A stretch of DNA of 64,000 bases from Oscillospiraceae bacterium (lineage in GTDB: Bacteria > Bacillota > Clostridia > Oscillospirales > SIG627): positions 5,038 to 69,037 of the forward strand of contig SVTV01000008.1 in NCBI GenBank assembly GCA_015063605.1, in the 5' to 3' direction. Positions 26,688 through 36,405 of the stretch are shown piece by piece. Both the position numbers and the translations under genes were made by a program. Under the pieces are notes generated by a model that saw only the letters and a program-made list of their open reading frames with translations, did not search any database and was not told the origin of the DNA. The first letter of the stretch is position 1. The number at the start of each line of letters is the position of its first letter.

Positions 26688-27758
26688 ATGATAGATAAGC
26701 TCAGAGAAGCGGAAATAAGATATAAAGAGCTTGAAGACAGGCTCGCTCTGCCGGAGGTCGTAACGAATGCCGATGAGTATAAGAAGCTTATGAAGGATTA
26801 CAAGGCATTGACTCCGATAATTAATGTTTACAGAAAATATAAATCGGCGGAAGCATCCGAGGCGGAAGCAAAAGAGATACTTGGAGATAAACCGGACGCC
26901 GAAATGAAGGAGCTTTGCGAGGCGGAGCTGGCAGAGGCTAAGGAAACAAAGGCAAAGTGTGAGGAAGAGTTGAAAATATTACTGCTTCCCAAGGATCCCG
27001 ACGACGATAAAAATGTTATTATAGAGATCCGAGGAGGCGCCGGCGGTGATGAAGCGGCGCTTTTCTCCTATGTTCTTTACAGGATGTACAATATGTATGC
27101 GGAAGCCGTAGGCTGGAAAACCGAGCTGATAAATTCGAACGATACGGAACTCGGCGGCTTCAAGGAAGTATCCTTCATGGTAACCGGCGAAGGAGCGTAT
27201 TCACGCCTCAAATACGAAAGCGGTGTACACCGTGTACAACGTGTTCCCGAAACCGAGGCACAGGGCAGGATACACACCTCTACGGTAACGGTGGCGGTGC
27301 TTCCCGAGGCGGAGGATGTTGAAGTGGAGATAAATCCTGCAGACCTTGAAATAGAAACTCACAGAGCCTCGGGTGCGGGCGGACAGCACGTAAACAAGAC
27401 AGATTCGGCTATAAGGATAATCCATAAGCCCACCGGAATCGTTGTTGAATGCCAGGACGAAAGAAGCCAGCATAAAAACAGAGAAAAGGCGATGAAGGTC
27501 CTTCGCTCAAAGCTTTACGAGGCTGAACAGAAGAAGCAGAGCGACAGTATAGCTTCAAAGCGCAAAAGCCAGGTTGGTACCGGAGACAGAAGCGAAAGAA
27601 TACGAACCTACAATTACCCTCAGGGCAGAGTAACGGATCACAGAATAGGGCTTACGCTTTACAATCTCGAATATGTTCTTAACGGAAAGCTTGATGATGT
27701 TATAGAACCTCTTATTAACTACGAAAGAGCAAAGATGCTGGAGGAAGGCACGATCTGA
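26688..27758 (+). CDS. prfA: peptide chain release factor 1
   Basis: GGQ motif ([14 protein letters not shown]) and a P-x-T tripeptide region (RVPETE). Confidence 0.95.
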   Translation: MIDKLREAEIRYKELEDRLALPEVVTNADEYKKLMKDYKALTPIINVYRKYKSAEASEAEAKEILGDKPDAEMKELCEAELAEAKETKAKCEEELKILLLPKDPDDDKNVIIEIRGGAGGDEAALFSYVLYRMYNMYAEAVGWKTELINSNDTELGGFKEVSFMVTGEGAYSRLKYESGVHRVQRVPETEAQGRIHTSTVTVAVLPEAEDVEVEINPADLEIETHRASGAGGQHVNKTDSAIRIIHKPTGIVVECQDERSQHKNREKAMKVLRSKLYEAEQKKQSDSIASKRKSQVGTGDRSERIRTYNYPQGRVTDHRIGLTLYNLEYVLNGKLDDVIEPLINYERAKMLEEGTI

Positions 27759-27826
27759 CGAATGTATTTTCGAGGCAAAACCGCACTTACCTTCGGTAGG
27801 TGTGAAAGGTATGATTACGATAAATT

Positions 27827-28867
27827 ATGGAAACCAAAATAATCAAAGCATATGATGAGGCGGGACTTAAGTACGCCGCATCAATGCTGAGAGAGGGAAA
27901 AACGGTGATATTTCCCACGGAGACGGTCTACGGTCTCGGTGCGGATGCATCAAACGGAAGTGCGATAAAGGATATATTCACGGCAAAGGGAAGACCTCAG
28001 GATAACCCTCTCATAGTACATATACCCTTTCCCGATGATATAGAAAAGTATGCTCATACGGAGAGCAGTATATTTTTCAAAAGAATAGCAAAGGAATTTA
28101 TGCCGGGGCCCATTACCGTTATACTTCCGAAGAAAGAAATTATTTCTTCCGAGGCAACGGCGGGACTTGACAGCGTCGGAATGCGCTGTCCTTCCCATGA
28201 GACGGCTCACAGATTATTATTATATGCCAAGGTGCCGGTGGCTGCTCCGTCCGCAAATATTTCGGGACGTCCCAGCCCGACGGAGTTTGCCCATGTTTTC
28301 GAGGATATGAACGGCAAGGTTCCGTTTATCATCGACGGCGGCAAGGTGGATATAGGATTGGAATCCACGGTAGTAAGCCTTCTCGGAGAAAAGGTACGCA
28401 TATTGAGACCGGGCGGAGTTACTCCCGAAATGCTCATAAGCGTTTGCGGTGAGGAAAACGTTATAACCGATGAGGGTGTCTTTGGAAAGCTGAAGGAAGG
28501 GCAGAAGCCCTTGTCTCCCGGTATGAAATACCGCCACTATGCTCCCGCGGCTAAAATAACGGCGGTAAAGGGAAGCGATGGATCCGTAAGAGCTTTCTTC
28601 AAGGAAAAGCTCGATTTGGGATGCGCCGTGCTTTGCTGGAATGAGGATAAGGCATTTTTACCACAGAATCCCAAGGTATTATCGATGGGCTCGGAGGAAG
28701 ATTTTGAAGCTCAAGCATCACTTCTTTTCGAAAAGTTGAGAGCCTTCGATGAAACGAATGTAAAAGAGATATATGCAAGATGTCCATCAAGGGAAGGACT
28801 CGGTCTTGCAGTATATAACAGATTACTCAGAGCATGTGCCTTCGAGGTGATAGAGCTTGACAAATAA
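27827..28867 (+). CDS. tsaC: L-threonylcarbamoyladenylate synthase (long Sua5/YwlC form)
   Basis: FPTETVYGLGADA, KGRPQDNPLIVH and SANISGRPSPT motifs, plus a Sua5 C-terminal domain. Confidence 0.9.
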   Translation: METKIIKAYDEAGLKYAASMLREGKTVIFPTETVYGLGADASNGSAIKDIFTAKGRPQDNPLIVHIPFPDDIEKYAHTESSIFFKRIAKEFMPGPITVILPKKEIISSEATAGLDSVGMRCPSHETAHRLLLYAKVPVAAPSANISGRPSPTEFAHVFEDMNGKVPFIIDGGKVDIGLESTVVSLLGEKVRILRPGGVTPEMLISVCGEENVITDEGVFGKLKEGQKPLSPGMKYRHYAPAAKITAVKGSDGSVRAFFKEKLDLGCAVLCWNEDKAFLPQNPKVLSMGSEEDFEAQASLLFEKLRAFDETNVKEIYARCPSREGLGLAVYNRLLRACAFEVIELDK

Positions 28868-29510
28868 CAAAAAAAACGATATTTTCGTACTCGGTCTTTG
28901 CGGAGGAAGCGGTTCGGGAAAAACAACGGTTAATTCAGTATTCGCTTCTCTCGGAGCTGTGGTTCTCGATTGTGACCTGATCTATTCCGAGCTTGTCGCA
29001 CCCTCCGATAAAAAAAGTGCGTGCCTTTCCGAAATTGAAAAGGAATTCGGAAAAGATGCAGTTTCTCACGACGGTTCTCTCAACAGACAGTATGTTTCAT
29101 CCGTAGTTTTTTCCGACAGCGGAAAACGGGATATTCTTAATAAGATAACCCATAAATACATACTTGATGAGGTTAGGTTGAGGATAAAGGAAAGCTTCGC
29201 TGAAGGAAAAAGCTTTTTCGTTGTGGATGCTCCCGTTCTTTTTGAAAGCGGGTTTGACAGGGAATGTCATATGACCCTTGCCGTAACAGCCGATAAGGCT
29301 CTCCGCATTTCCCGTATCACGGAAAGAGACGGAATTTCCCGTGAGAGAGCGGAAAAGCGCATATCGGCTCAGACCGATGACGAATATTTGAAGAAAAGAG
29401 CTTCTTTTTACATAGATAATTCGGGATCCCTCGAGGAGCTTGAAGAAAAAACGATACGATTTTATGAAGAACATATAAATCCGAAGATCACAAAGGATAA
29501 CGGTGACTGA
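28857..29510 (+). CDS. coaE: dephospho-CoA kinase
   Basis: P-loop GLCGGSGSGKTT. The TTG start is as listed and the exact start is uncertain. Confidence 0.85.
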   Translation: MTNNKKNDIFVLGLCGGSGSGKTTVNSVFASLGAVVLDCDLIYSELVAPSDKKSACLSEIEKEFGKDAVSHDGSLNRQYVSSVVFSDSGKRDILNKITHKYILDEVRLRIKESFAEGKSFFVVDAPVLFESGFDRECHMTLAVTADKALRISRITERDGISRERAEKRISAQTDDEYLKKRASFYIDNSGSLEELEEKTIRFYEEHINPKITKDNGD

Positions 29511-30133
29511 TGTCAGACAGAAGAAAACGAAAAAAGAGGTATGCAAGGCAAAGTCTTGCGGTACTGACGGCGGCGCTTCTGTTGGGAGCTGCGGCGGCTG
29601 TTTTTTACGGGATAACGCTTTTTTACGGTGAAAAGGCACCCGAAAGTACATCCGAAAACAATACCTCAGAGGAGCTTTTTTACGAAGAGCTTGTCAATAA
29701 ATATTCAAAGGAATATTCCGTTCCGCAGAACATCATATACGCCGTTATGAGAGTTGAAAGCGCATTCGATCCCGATGCTGTCTCCCATGCGGGAGCGGTG
29801 GGACTTATGCAGCTTATCCCTTCCACCTTCGAGTGGCTTTGTTCGGTCACGGGTGAGGAATATTTGCGGGAAAGATTATTCGATCCCGAAATAAATATAA
29901 AATACGGAACCATGTTCCTGTCGAGGCTGTATTCGCAATACGGCGATTGGCAGCTCGTTCATGCGGCTTACAATGCGGGACAGGGAAATGTAAATAAATG
30001 GCTTTCGGATGAAAGATATTCGGAAAACGGAAATCTTACATCCATTCCCTTTGCGGAAACGAGAGCATATATCGAAAAAGTTGAATACTACAAAGAACAT
30101 TATAAAAGCATTTACGAACAGAAAGGCTGGTAA
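29510..30133 (+). CDS. membrane-anchored lytic transglycosylase (SLT domain)
   Basis: N-terminal TM helix. Catalytic ES motif (VESAFDPDAVSHAGAVGLMQL) and an AYNAG motif. Confidence 0.8.
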   Translation: MSDRRKRKKRYARQSLAVLTAALLLGAAAAVFYGITLFYGEKAPESTSENNTSEELFYEELVNKYSKEYSVPQNIIYAVMRVESAFDPDAVSHAGAVGLMQLIPSTFEWLCSVTGEEYLRERLFDPEINIKYGTMFLSRLYSQYGDWQLVHAAYNAGQGNVNKWLSDERYSENGNLTSIPFAETRAYIEKVEYYKEHYKSIYEQKGW

Positions 30134-30138
30134 ACATT

Positions 30139-31539
30139 ATGAGCGAAAAAACATACGGAGAACAGATAAAGGAAGAGCTTTCTTACTCTAATAAGAGCGC
30201 CGCTGAAATAATGACAGCAGAGCAGATAGAGGAAGCCTTTGATTTTTCCGAAGGCTATATGATATATCTTGACAATGCGAAAACAGAGCGTGAGGCTGTA
30301 AAATTTTCCGTTCTCAAGGCAATAGATGCGGGCTTTGAAAGATTCGAATATGACAGAGAATACAAGCCGGGTGATAAGGTATATTACATAAACAGAAACA
30401 AATCTCTCATTCTTGCGGTAATAGGTAAGAAGTCTGTTGAAAACGGAGTTAAGATCTGCGCGGCTCACATAGATTCCCCCAGACTTGACTTGAAGCCCAA
30501 CCCTCTTTACGAGGACAACGGCTTTGCTTTCTTCAAGACCCATTATTACGGCGGTATAAGAAAGTATCAGTGGCCCACCATTCCCCTTGCACTTCACGGA
30601 ACGGTTATAACAGAGGATAATACATCCGTTGACGTAAGAATAGGCGAAGATGAAAGCGATCCCGTTTTCTATATAACGGATCTTCTTCCTCACCTTGATT
30701 CCTCCGCTGCATCCAAAACACTTGCAAGCGGCATCCCCGGTGAATCCCTCAACGCTCTTATGGGAACATTGCCCATCGATGACAAGAAGGTCTCCGAGAA
30801 GATAAAGCTTTCAGTTCTCAAGTATCTTTCCGACAGATACGGCATGAAGGAAGAGGATTTCCTCTCCTCCGAGCTTTGCTTCGTTCCCGCGGGCAAGGCA
30901 AGAGATATCGGCTTTGACAGAAGTCTTATTTTCTCCTACGGCCACGACGACAGAGTATGCGCATACCCCGCTCTTGAGGCAACACTTGCTCTTGATGTTC
31001 CCGAATATACCTGCGTGACGGTTCTTACCGATAAGGAAGAAATAGGAAGCTCCGGAAATACAGGTCTTAACACAAATTATCTCTATGATTTCCTTTGCGA
31101 GATAGCTTCCGCACAGAAGGTGAACGTAAGAAAGATGCTTGCAAACTCCTCCTGCCTCTCCGCAGACGTAAATGCTTGCTTTGATCCCAAGTTCGCAGAG
31201 TGCTATGAAAAGAGAAACAGCGCACTTATCAACTGCGGCGTTGTGATCACAAAATACACCGGCTCAAGAGGTAAGAGCGGTACATCGGATGCTTCCGCCG
31301 AATTTATGGGCAAGGTAAGAAAGCTCCTCAACGATAACAATGTTGTATGGCAGGCAGGCGAGCTGGGTAAGGTAGATCAGGGCGGCGGCGGAACAGTTGC
31401 ACAGTACGTGGCTAAGCTCAATATTGACGTCGTTGATGTCGGCGTTCCCGTTCTTTCCATGCATGCTCCTTACGAGGCGGTATCAAAGCTCGACGTATAT
31501 AATACTTTCAAGGCTTTCGAAGCTTTCTATAAAAACTGA
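30139..31539 (+). CDS. M18-family aminopeptidase
   Basis: Size is ~465 aa. AAHIDSPRLDLKP, GHDDRVC, DKEEIGS and SMHAPYE motifs. Confidence 0.75.
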   Translation: MSEKTYGEQIKEELSYSNKSAAEIMTAEQIEEAFDFSEGYMIYLDNAKTEREAVKFSVLKAIDAGFERFEYDREYKPGDKVYYINRNKSLILAVIGKKSVENGVKICAAHIDSPRLDLKPNPLYEDNGFAFFKTHYYGGIRKYQWPTIPLALHGTVITEDNTSVDVRIGEDESDPVFYITDLLPHLDSSAASKTLASGIPGESLNALMGTLPIDDKKVSEKIKLSVLKYLSDRYGMKEEDFLSSELCFVPAGKARDIGFDRSLIFSYGHDDRVCAYPALEATLALDVPEYTCVTVLTDKEEIGSSGNTGLNTNYLYDFLCEIASAQKVNVRKMLANSSCLSADVNACFDPKFAECYEKRNSALINCGVVITKYTGSRGKSGTSDASAEFMGKVRKLLNDNNVVWQAGELGKVDQGGGGTVAQYVAKLNIDVVDVGVPVLSMHAPYEAVSKLDVYNTFKAFEAFYKN

Positions 31540-31545
31540 TAAATA

Positions 31546-32814
31546 ATGAAAAACGATCATAAATATCCCATTCCCGAGCTTCTGAGCCCTGCGGGAAATT
31601 TCGAAAAGCTTAAATACGCTCTGATGTACGGCGCAGATGCCGTATATCTTGCAGGCGAATGCTTCGGTATGCGTTCTGCGGCGGGAAATTTTACCGACGA
31701 CGAGCTTTACGAAGCCGTGAAGCTTGCTCACAGCCTTGGGAAAAAGATATACATTACCGTAAATACAATGCCCAGAAGCGGAGAAATGCCTCTCCTGGAG
31801 GCATATCTCGAAAAGCTTAACGATATAAGACCCGACGCTCTCATAGTAGCGGATCTCGGCGTTCTCTCTCTGTGTAAAAAGCGTATATCGGGTATAGATA
31901 TCCACGTTTCCACTCAGGGCGCAGTGACAAATTACGAATCTTGTCTCATGTGGCATGAGCTGGGTGCATCGAGAGTCGTTCTTGCCCGTGAGCTTTCTCT
32001 TGATGAAATAGTCGGGATAAAGCAGAGGATACCCAAGTCTCTTGAAATCGAGACATTCGTTCATGGAGCTATGTGCGTGTCTGTTTCGGGCAGATGTCTT
32101 CTGTCGGAATATTACGTTGACAGAGATGCAAACCGCGGAAGCTGTGCTCAGCCCTGCAGATGGATATATGAGTTCAGCGAGGTAAAGCGCCCCGATGATA
32201 TTCTTACAGGCGAGGTGCACCCGGACGGAACATATATCTTCGGATCGAAGGACATGTGCCTTATAGAGCATGTGAAGGAGCTTTGCGATGCGGGCATATC
32301 AAGCTTCAAAATAGAGGGCAGAATGAAAAGCTCATATTACACCGCTGTGGTTACCAACGCTTACCGCATAGCACTCGATTCCGAATATGGCTTGAGAGAG
32401 CAGACGGAAACGGAGGATGAGCTTAAAAGAGCCCTTGTACGTGAGCTTGACAGCGTATCACACCGAGAATACTGCACAGGATATTACTTTTCTCATCCCA
32501 TGGAAGAGCCTCATCTTGCAAGTGCACCGGGATATATGAGAGAGACCTCATACATGGCGGCGGTAGAGTCGTATGACCACGTGTCGAATATTGCAGTCTG
32601 CACTCAGAAGAACAAAATGTATTCAGGGCAGAAAGCAGAGGTGCTTTCACCGGGAAAAACGGGACGGGCTTTTACAATAGGCGAAATGAAAAATGAGAAC
32701 GGGGAGATTATTGAAAGCACTCCTCATCCTCAGATGACATTTACAATGGAAGCTCCCTTTGAATTGAAGCACGGAGATATAATCCGTGCCTGCGCTCCCG
32801 AGGACAATAACTAA
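31546..32814 (+). CDS. U32-family peptidase/RNA-hydroxylation-related protein
   Basis: PELLSPAGN..YGADAVY N-terminus and a Cys-rich ...GRCLLSEY...CAQPCRW segment. Confidence 0.85.
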   Translation: MKNDHKYPIPELLSPAGNFEKLKYALMYGADAVYLAGECFGMRSAAGNFTDDELYEAVKLAHSLGKKIYITVNTMPRSGEMPLLEAYLEKLNDIRPDALIVADLGVLSLCKKRISGIDIHVSTQGAVTNYESCLMWHELGASRVVLARELSLDEIVGIKQRIPKSLEIETFVHGAMCVSVSGRCLLSEYYVDRDANRGSCAQPCRWIYEFSEVKRPDDILTGEVHPDGTYIFGSKDMCLIEHVKELCDAGISSFKIEGRMKSSYYTAVVTNAYRIALDSEYGLREQTETEDELKRALVRELDSVSHREYCTGYYFSHPMEEPHLASAPGYMRETSYMAAVESYDHVSNIAVCTQKNKMYSGQKAEVLSPGKTGRAFTIGEMKNENGEIIESTPHPQMTFTMEAPFELKHGDIIRACAPEDNN

Positions 32815-32855
32815 AACCGTACGATACTTTAAGTATTACGAAAGGAAAAAATAAA

Positions 32856-33974
32856 TTGCGTGTTCTGATCTTATCCGTGACTGCGGGCGGCGGTCACAAT
32901 TCCACCGCAATGGCGATGGATTCTTATTTCAAGAGTAAGGGCGTTGACAGTAAGGTTCTTGACACATTTGACAGTATAAGCAAGCCTTTATCAAAAACGA
33001 TATCGGAAGGATATCTTCTTGTGACCTCAAAGGCAAAATTCGCTTTTGATGAGGGATACAGAATGGCTGAAAGAAGAAGAACAAAGCCCGGCTCTCCATC
33101 TCCCATGCGTGTAAGCGGTGCTCTCATGTCAAAGAAACTGAAGGAGTACATATCCATATATGAGCCCGATGTAATAATCTATACTCATATTTTTGCGGGT
33201 ATAATTCTTGATGTTATCTCTCAGAAGCATGGACTTAAGGCAAAGACGATAGGAGTTCTTACCGATTTCGTATTCCACCCCTACTGGGAAGAGGCGACCC
33301 ATTCGGATTACGTTATAACAGCTTCCGAAATGCTGAATTATCAGGGCTTCAAGAAAGGCTTCAAGCGTTCACAGCTTAAGTCTCTCGGAATTCCGATAAA
33401 TCCGAAGTTTGCCGTTTCGGGCGACAAGAAGGAAGCAAAAAAAGCATTGGGATTGGATCCAGAAAAGCCTACAGTTCTTGTTATGGGAGGAAGCATGGGA
33501 TACGGAGATATTTCCCAGACGGTCTCAATGCTTGACAATATCGATTTAGACTACTCGATGATAGTCGTGTGCGGTAACAACAAAAAACAGTACGATGCCG
33601 TAAGTGCAATGAAAACGAAAAAGCAGTGCAAGGCTTTCGGCTTCACCGATAAGGTAAGTGAGCTTATGGATGCATCGGAATGTATAATAACAAAACCCGG
33701 CGGACTTACCACATCGGAGGCTCTTGCCAAGAGACTTCCCATGATAATCGTCAATCCCATACCCGGACAGGAGGAAAGAAATTCCGAATTCCTTCTGAAC
33801 AACGGAGCGGCATTCAGAGTGACGGAGGATTATTCTCTTGACGAGGCTGTTTACAACCTTATGTGCAGTCCTAAGAGATATGATCTGATGCTTTCTGCAA
33901 TAGATATGCTCCGTCATCCCGATTCAACGGCGGATATTTGCGAATTCGCCATAGAAATAGCGTCGAAAAAATAA
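32856..33974 (+). CDS. MGDG-synthase-family glycosyltransferase (diacylglycerol glycosyltransferase-like)
   Basis: N-terminal ILSVTAGGGHNSTA and C-terminal ITKPGGLTTSEALA motifs (GT28-like). The start is TTG. Confidence 0.75.
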   Translation: MRVLILSVTAGGGHNSTAMAMDSYFKSKGVDSKVLDTFDSISKPLSKTISEGYLLVTSKAKFAFDEGYRMAERRRTKPGSPSPMRVSGALMSKKLKEYISIYEPDVIIYTHIFAGIILDVISQKHGLKAKTIGVLTDFVFHPYWEEATHSDYVITASEMLNYQGFKKGFKRSQLKSLGIPINPKFAVSGDKKEAKKALGLDPEKPTVLVMGGSMGYGDISQTVSMLDNIDLDYSMIVVCGNNKKQYDAVSAMKTKKQCKAFGFTDKVSELMDASECIITKPGGLTTSEALAKRLPMIIVNPIPGQEERNSEFLLNNGAAFRVTEDYSLDEAVYNLMCSPKRYDLMLSAIDMLRHPDSTADICEFAIEIASKK

Positions 33975-34000
33975 TATAAATAAAGTGAGGTTATTTTATT

Positions 34001-34591
34001 ATGAAAAAATTCGGTTTTAAGAAGCTTTTTAAGCTTACCATGTTTTGTCTCGTTTTCGCAATGACATTGTCCATGCTCTCCTGCGGCTCCGAGCAGCTCC
34101 TCAGCGGAATGCATTACGCTGAAATGGAGATAGAAAACTACGGTACGATAAAGCTCGAGCTCAATGCTGACGAAGCTCCCATAACTGTTACCAACTTTGT
34201 AAATCTTGCAAAATCGGGCTTTTATGACGGACTTTCCATTATAAGAGTTGATACTGATTTCGTTATCCAGGGTGGAGACGGCGGTACGGAAAGACCTGCA
34301 AAGAATATCAAGGGAGAATTTGCGGCTAACGGCGTTGAGAACAATATATCCCATGTAAAGGGTACTATATCCATGGCGAGAGGCGATGATATGAACAGCG
34401 CTTCCTCTCAGTTCTTTATAATGTCAGCTGATTTTACAGGTCTTGACGGCATGTATGCGGGATTCGGTAAGGTTATAGAGGGTATGGAAGTTGTGGATAA
34501 GATAAATGCCGAAGTAAAGAGCGAATACGACATGGGATTCCTTCCCGAGGATGCACAGCCCAAGATCGTTTCCGTAAAGATCGTTGAATGA
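34001..34591 (+). CDS. cyclophilin-type peptidyl-prolyl isomerase, lipoprotein
   Basis: Lipobox LSMLSC. The cyclophilin core is present (FVIQGGD, SMAR, SQFFI). Confidence 0.9.
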   Translation: MKKFGFKKLFKLTMFCLVFAMTLSMLSCGSEQLLSGMHYAEMEIENYGTIKLELNADEAPITVTNFVNLAKSGFYDGLSIIRVDTDFVIQGGDGGTERPAKNIKGEFAANGVENNISHVKGTISMARGDDMNSASSQFFIMSADFTGLDGMYAGFGKVIEGMEVVDKINAEVKSEYDMGFLPEDAQPKIVSVKIVE

Positions 34592-34641
34592 CCCTATGGG
34601 TTAATTGAAAATAATCAATAAAGAGAGGTACAAATAAGGCT

Positions 34642-35451
34642 ATGGAAAAAATACTTGAATTCTTACAGCAGCTTATGATGACAGCAGGTGTGAAAATTAT
34701 AGGGGCAGTTCTTGTTCTCATAATAGGCTTCAAGGTAGTTAATATTTTTATAAAAGCGTTAAAAAAGAGCAAAGGATTTGCGAATGTAGACAAGACAGCT
34801 CAGGATTTCATTTTGGGAGTTCTCTCTATTGCTCTTAAAGTCGTTATTGCTCTTACGGCTGCTGCCGTTCTCGGCGTTCCCATGACGAATATGGTAGCTG
34901 TGCTCGGCTCCTGCGGACTTGCCGTAGGTCTTGCTCTTCAGGGAAGTCTTTCCAATTTTGCAGGCGGAATAATGCTTCTTATCTTCAAGCCCTTCAAGGT
35001 AGGAGATTTTGTTGAGGGCGGCGGTGTTTCCGGTACGGTAAGAGATATTACGATACTTTATACCGAGATACTTACTCCCGATAATAAAAAAGCAATGGTG
35101 CCCAACGGCGCTCTTTCAAATGCGGTTATCGTAAACTATTCCTCCGAAGCGACACGCCGTCAGGATATAGAAATAGGAGTATCATATTCCAGTGATCTTG
35201 AGGTGGTCAAGGCATCTCTTCTGAGAATTGCATCCGAATGTGACGTCGTGCTTAACGATCCCGCTCCCGTGGTCAATGTGGGCTCATACGGTGACAGCTC
35301 GATCAACATGTGCCTCAGATTCTGGACAAACAATGCGGATTATTGGACCGCTCATAATTATATCAAGAATGCGATCAAGGATAATTTTGATGCACAGGGA
35401 ATATCCATTCCTTTCCCGCAGATGGATGTCCATATAGGATCCGAAAACTGA
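34642..35451 (+). CDS. MscS-family mechanosensitive channel
   Basis: Three TM helices followed by the FKPFKVGDFVE...GTV..I beta-domain motif. Confidence 0.85.
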   Translation: MEKILEFLQQLMMTAGVKIIGAVLVLIIGFKVVNIFIKALKKSKGFANVDKTAQDFILGVLSIALKVVIALTAAAVLGVPMTNMVAVLGSCGLAVGLALQGSLSNFAGGIMLLIFKPFKVGDFVEGGGVSGTVRDITILYTEILTPDNKKAMVPNGALSNAVIVNYSSEATRRQDIEIGVSYSSDLEVVKASLLRIASECDVVLNDPAPVVNVGSYGDSSINMCLRFWTNNADYWTAHNYIKNAIKDNFDAQGISIPFPQMDVHIGSEN

Positions 35452-35491
35452 AAACCGTCGAAAACGGACATAATGTTATTTACGTAAGAAT

Positions 35492-35520
35492 GGGCCGGCT
35501 CACTATTGTGAGACCGGCCC
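35492..35520. terminator. GC-rich hairpin downstream of the MscS gene (weak U-tract)
   Basis: GGGCCGGCTCAC-tatt-GTGAGACCGGCCC with a one-nt bulge. Only a short T/A run follows it. Confidence 0.45.
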
Positions 35521-35697
35521 TAAAATTGAACTTGCGGTAAGAATGACACAGACCGACGGGACGGACGAGTTTTCTTTCAAACTTCACATAACTTTCCGAT
35601 TTCCTCACGGTGGTATTCTGAAAAAAATACATGTTTGTGCTATTATATGATGTTGAAACTGCACCGTTTTTGATAACGGCAGAGAAGGGGGCTTCTT

Positions 35698-36405
35698 ATG
35701 AACGAAAACAAAAACAATGACGGAATTATCGCTTTTTTCGACAGAAACAAATGGAAAATAATTATTCCCGCCGCTTTGATACTGATGGCAGCGATCATGA
35801 TACTGAATATCAATTCCAAGAAAAAATATGATATTTATGCATTGTATATAGGCTCTCAATTCGTCGATACCATGGTGCATGAGGATTTCACTTCAGCTCT
35901 GGCAGAGTTTACCGAAGGGGATTTTTACGATGACGGCGAGATCAATGTAAGCTTTTCTCCCATGCTTTATCTTACACAGGATGATATGGACCGTTACGAC
36001 GAAAACGATCTTTACTATAACCGTCAGACAAATGTTGAGACATTGCAGGAGTTTTACAGGACTATCGCAGTGGGAACATATATTGTGATAATGATGGATG
36101 ATATAGTCTACGAAGAACTCAAAGCAAAAGAAACTCCCGTTCTTGCACCTTTGTTGGATATTTTCACGGAGGTTCCGGAAAATGCCTTTGACGAATATGC
36201 CTTTTATTTGAAGGATACTCCTTTGGGAGCAAAGCTTTCGGAGAATTCCGATCTTCCGTTCCCCGAAAATACGGTTATCTGTGTTCGTTCCTTCCCTTAC
36301 ATTGCTTCAATGGTTGGGAAAGAGGAAAAGCAGAAGCAGTATGATTATCAAATCGAGTTATTCAAGAATATAACTTGTGAAAGCGTAAAGGATACAAATG
36401 ATTAA
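35698..36405 (+). CDS. hypothetical membrane-anchored protein
   Basis: Single N-terminal TM helix (IIIPAALILMAAIMIL). It overlaps the next gene by 8 nt. I recognised no family. Confidence 0.5.
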   Translation: MNENKNNDGIIAFFDRNKWKIIIPAALILMAAIMILNINSKKKYDIYALYIGSQFVDTMVHEDFTSALAEFTEGDFYDDGEINVSFSPMLYLTQDDMDRYDENDLYYNRQTNVETLQEFYRTIAVGTYIVIMMDDIVYEELKAKETPVLAPLLDIFTEVPENAFDEYAFYLKDTPLGAKLSENSDLPFPENTVICVRSFPYIASMVGKEEKQKQYDYQIELFKNITCESVKDTND